From: Mantamonas sphyraenae STR306
Lineage: Eukaryota; Protista; CRuMs
Assembly: GCA_026936335.1 (NCBI GenBank)
Contig: JAPMXV010000038.1
Location: forward strand, 198,975 to 262,974
Length of the DNA stretch: 64,000 nucleotides
Reading direction: 5' to 3'
The position numbers were made by a program, and so were the translations under genes. Below the pieces are notes generated by a model. The model worked only from the letters and a program-made list of their open reading frames with translations, did no database searches and was not told the origin of the DNA. Positions 62,901-64,000 of this stretch are shown here, piece by piece; the first letter of the stretch is position 1; every line of letters begins with the position of its first letter.

Positions 62901-63474
62901 GGAGGCGGCGGAGGAGGGTAGGGGTAGTATGGATGGCCCTGATGAGGGTATGCGTGGTACAGCTGGGAGTGGGTGTTGACGGGGACCCATATGATGGGTG
63001 GTTGTGGGTGCTGGTACGGGTTTTGAACGCCAGAGACGGGCATCATGTTCGGAAACGGCTGGGCAGCCATGGGAGGGACCATGTAACCGTAGCTGTGGGA
63101 AGCCGGGGAGGGGCATGGTGGGGCAGGAATGGTGAGCGGAAGGCGGAATGGACGCCGTCAGCGCAGAAGCGGGGACAAGGTAGGCTGGAACGAGCAAAGA
63201 GGGGAAAACGGAGGAGATTGGCAGACCGGGAAACTGGCAACAGGGAGGGCAGTGACAGGGGGGAGGGGATCGGACAAGAGCGGAGAACGCAGCAGCGGTG
63301 ATGATGGGGAAGTGGAGATGCAGGGGAGGAGTGCAGGGAAGCGACGGAGGCATGGAGGAGGCAAGGAGGCGGGAGAAGCGGGCAGTCAGAAAACGGAGTG
63401 GAAGGCAGAACGCACGCTGGGTAGGTGTTGGGTGTGTGTTGTTGCTTCGGAGTGCTTGAGTAGTCTTTGTCCAT
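59915..63474 (-). CDS. Telomere-adjacent protein with four repeated ~140-aa domains (A-B-A-B), putative nuclear protein
   Basis: 1055-aa ORF plus an inferred first exon (63474-63416) joined in frame by intron 63415-63093. Pro-rich and acidic N-terminus; bipartite NLS-like end KRK..KRQR. Confidence 0.8.
60010..62179 (-). repeat. Direct tandem duplication of about 1125 nt within the terminal gene
   Basis: Units start at 62179 (LPDGVVRKGW) and 61054 (LPDAVVRSGW); long identical DNA stretches. Confidence 0.92.
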
Positions 63475-63749
63475 GATGGAGGCGGTGGTACTGGACTGTA
63501 TGTGGATTGTGTTGGCCTGGTGGAGGGTGTTGTGGGTGTTGGTGGTACTTTGGTTGAAGGCGGACGGGCAGTGCTGACTGCGCGGCGTTGCAGGACGACG
63601 GCCGCTCACCAGCAACATTTCCACTCCCACCCATTGCCCACTGCCCCATGTCACCACTCACTCAATCACCCCGCCAGCAAACACAAGCACAACTCACCTA
63701 ACATAGACCGGACTCATATATTTCCAAAACACCATCTAACAACCAAGAT

Positions 63750-64000
63750 TTAGGGTTAAGGTTAGGGTCAGGGTTAGGATCAGGGTTAGGATTAGGGCTA
63801 GGGTTAAGGGTTAGGGTTAGGGTTAGGGTTAGGGTTAGGGTTAGGGTTAGGGTTAGGGTTAGGGTTAGGGTTAGGGTTAGGGTTAGGGTTAGGGTTAGGG
63901 TTAGGGTTAGGGTTAGGGTTAGGGTTAGGGTTAGGGTTAGGGTTAGGGTTAGGGTAGGGTTAGGGTTAGGGTTAGGGTTAGGGTTAGGGTTAGGGTTAGG
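63750..64000 (+). repeat. Telomere (TTAGGG)n with proximal variant repeats
   Basis: Largely pure TTAGGG to the window end. The first ~60 nt contain TTAAGG, TCAGGG, TTAGGA and CTAGGG variants. Confidence 0.99.

Overview
Right-hand chromosome end of a compact, GC-rich, intron-containing flagellated eukaryote. It uses the standard code, has GT-AG introns with CTRAC-type branch sites, and carries a (TTAGGG)n telomere from 63750. About 28 tightly packed protein genes were reconstructed by hand across introns. They include the RPL11 3' end, RPT4, two AP sigma subunits, C5orf34-like, a GH20 hexosaminidase, LSM14-like, NUDT5-like, ISCU, dynein DNAH1, PAC2, a UBR E3 ligase, NAXD, DPM2, RPL15, a large NHL/EGF/multi-TM receptor, PWP2 and an ankyrin-TKL kinase. 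Several housekeeping genes carry 1-2 nt indels in homopolymers or short repeats, most likely long-read errors. Two things stand out. (1) A seemingly non-coding, multi-intron transcript head-to-head with PWP2 (about 56.0-57.4 kb). Its five introns each hold a conserved, structured ~140-nt element while the exons diverge, and the element matches no RNA family I recognise. (2) The last gene before the telomere encodes four copies (A-B-A-B) of an unrecognised winged-helix-like domain whose differences cluster at the same three sites. All family assignments are from memory of motifs; no searches were run.
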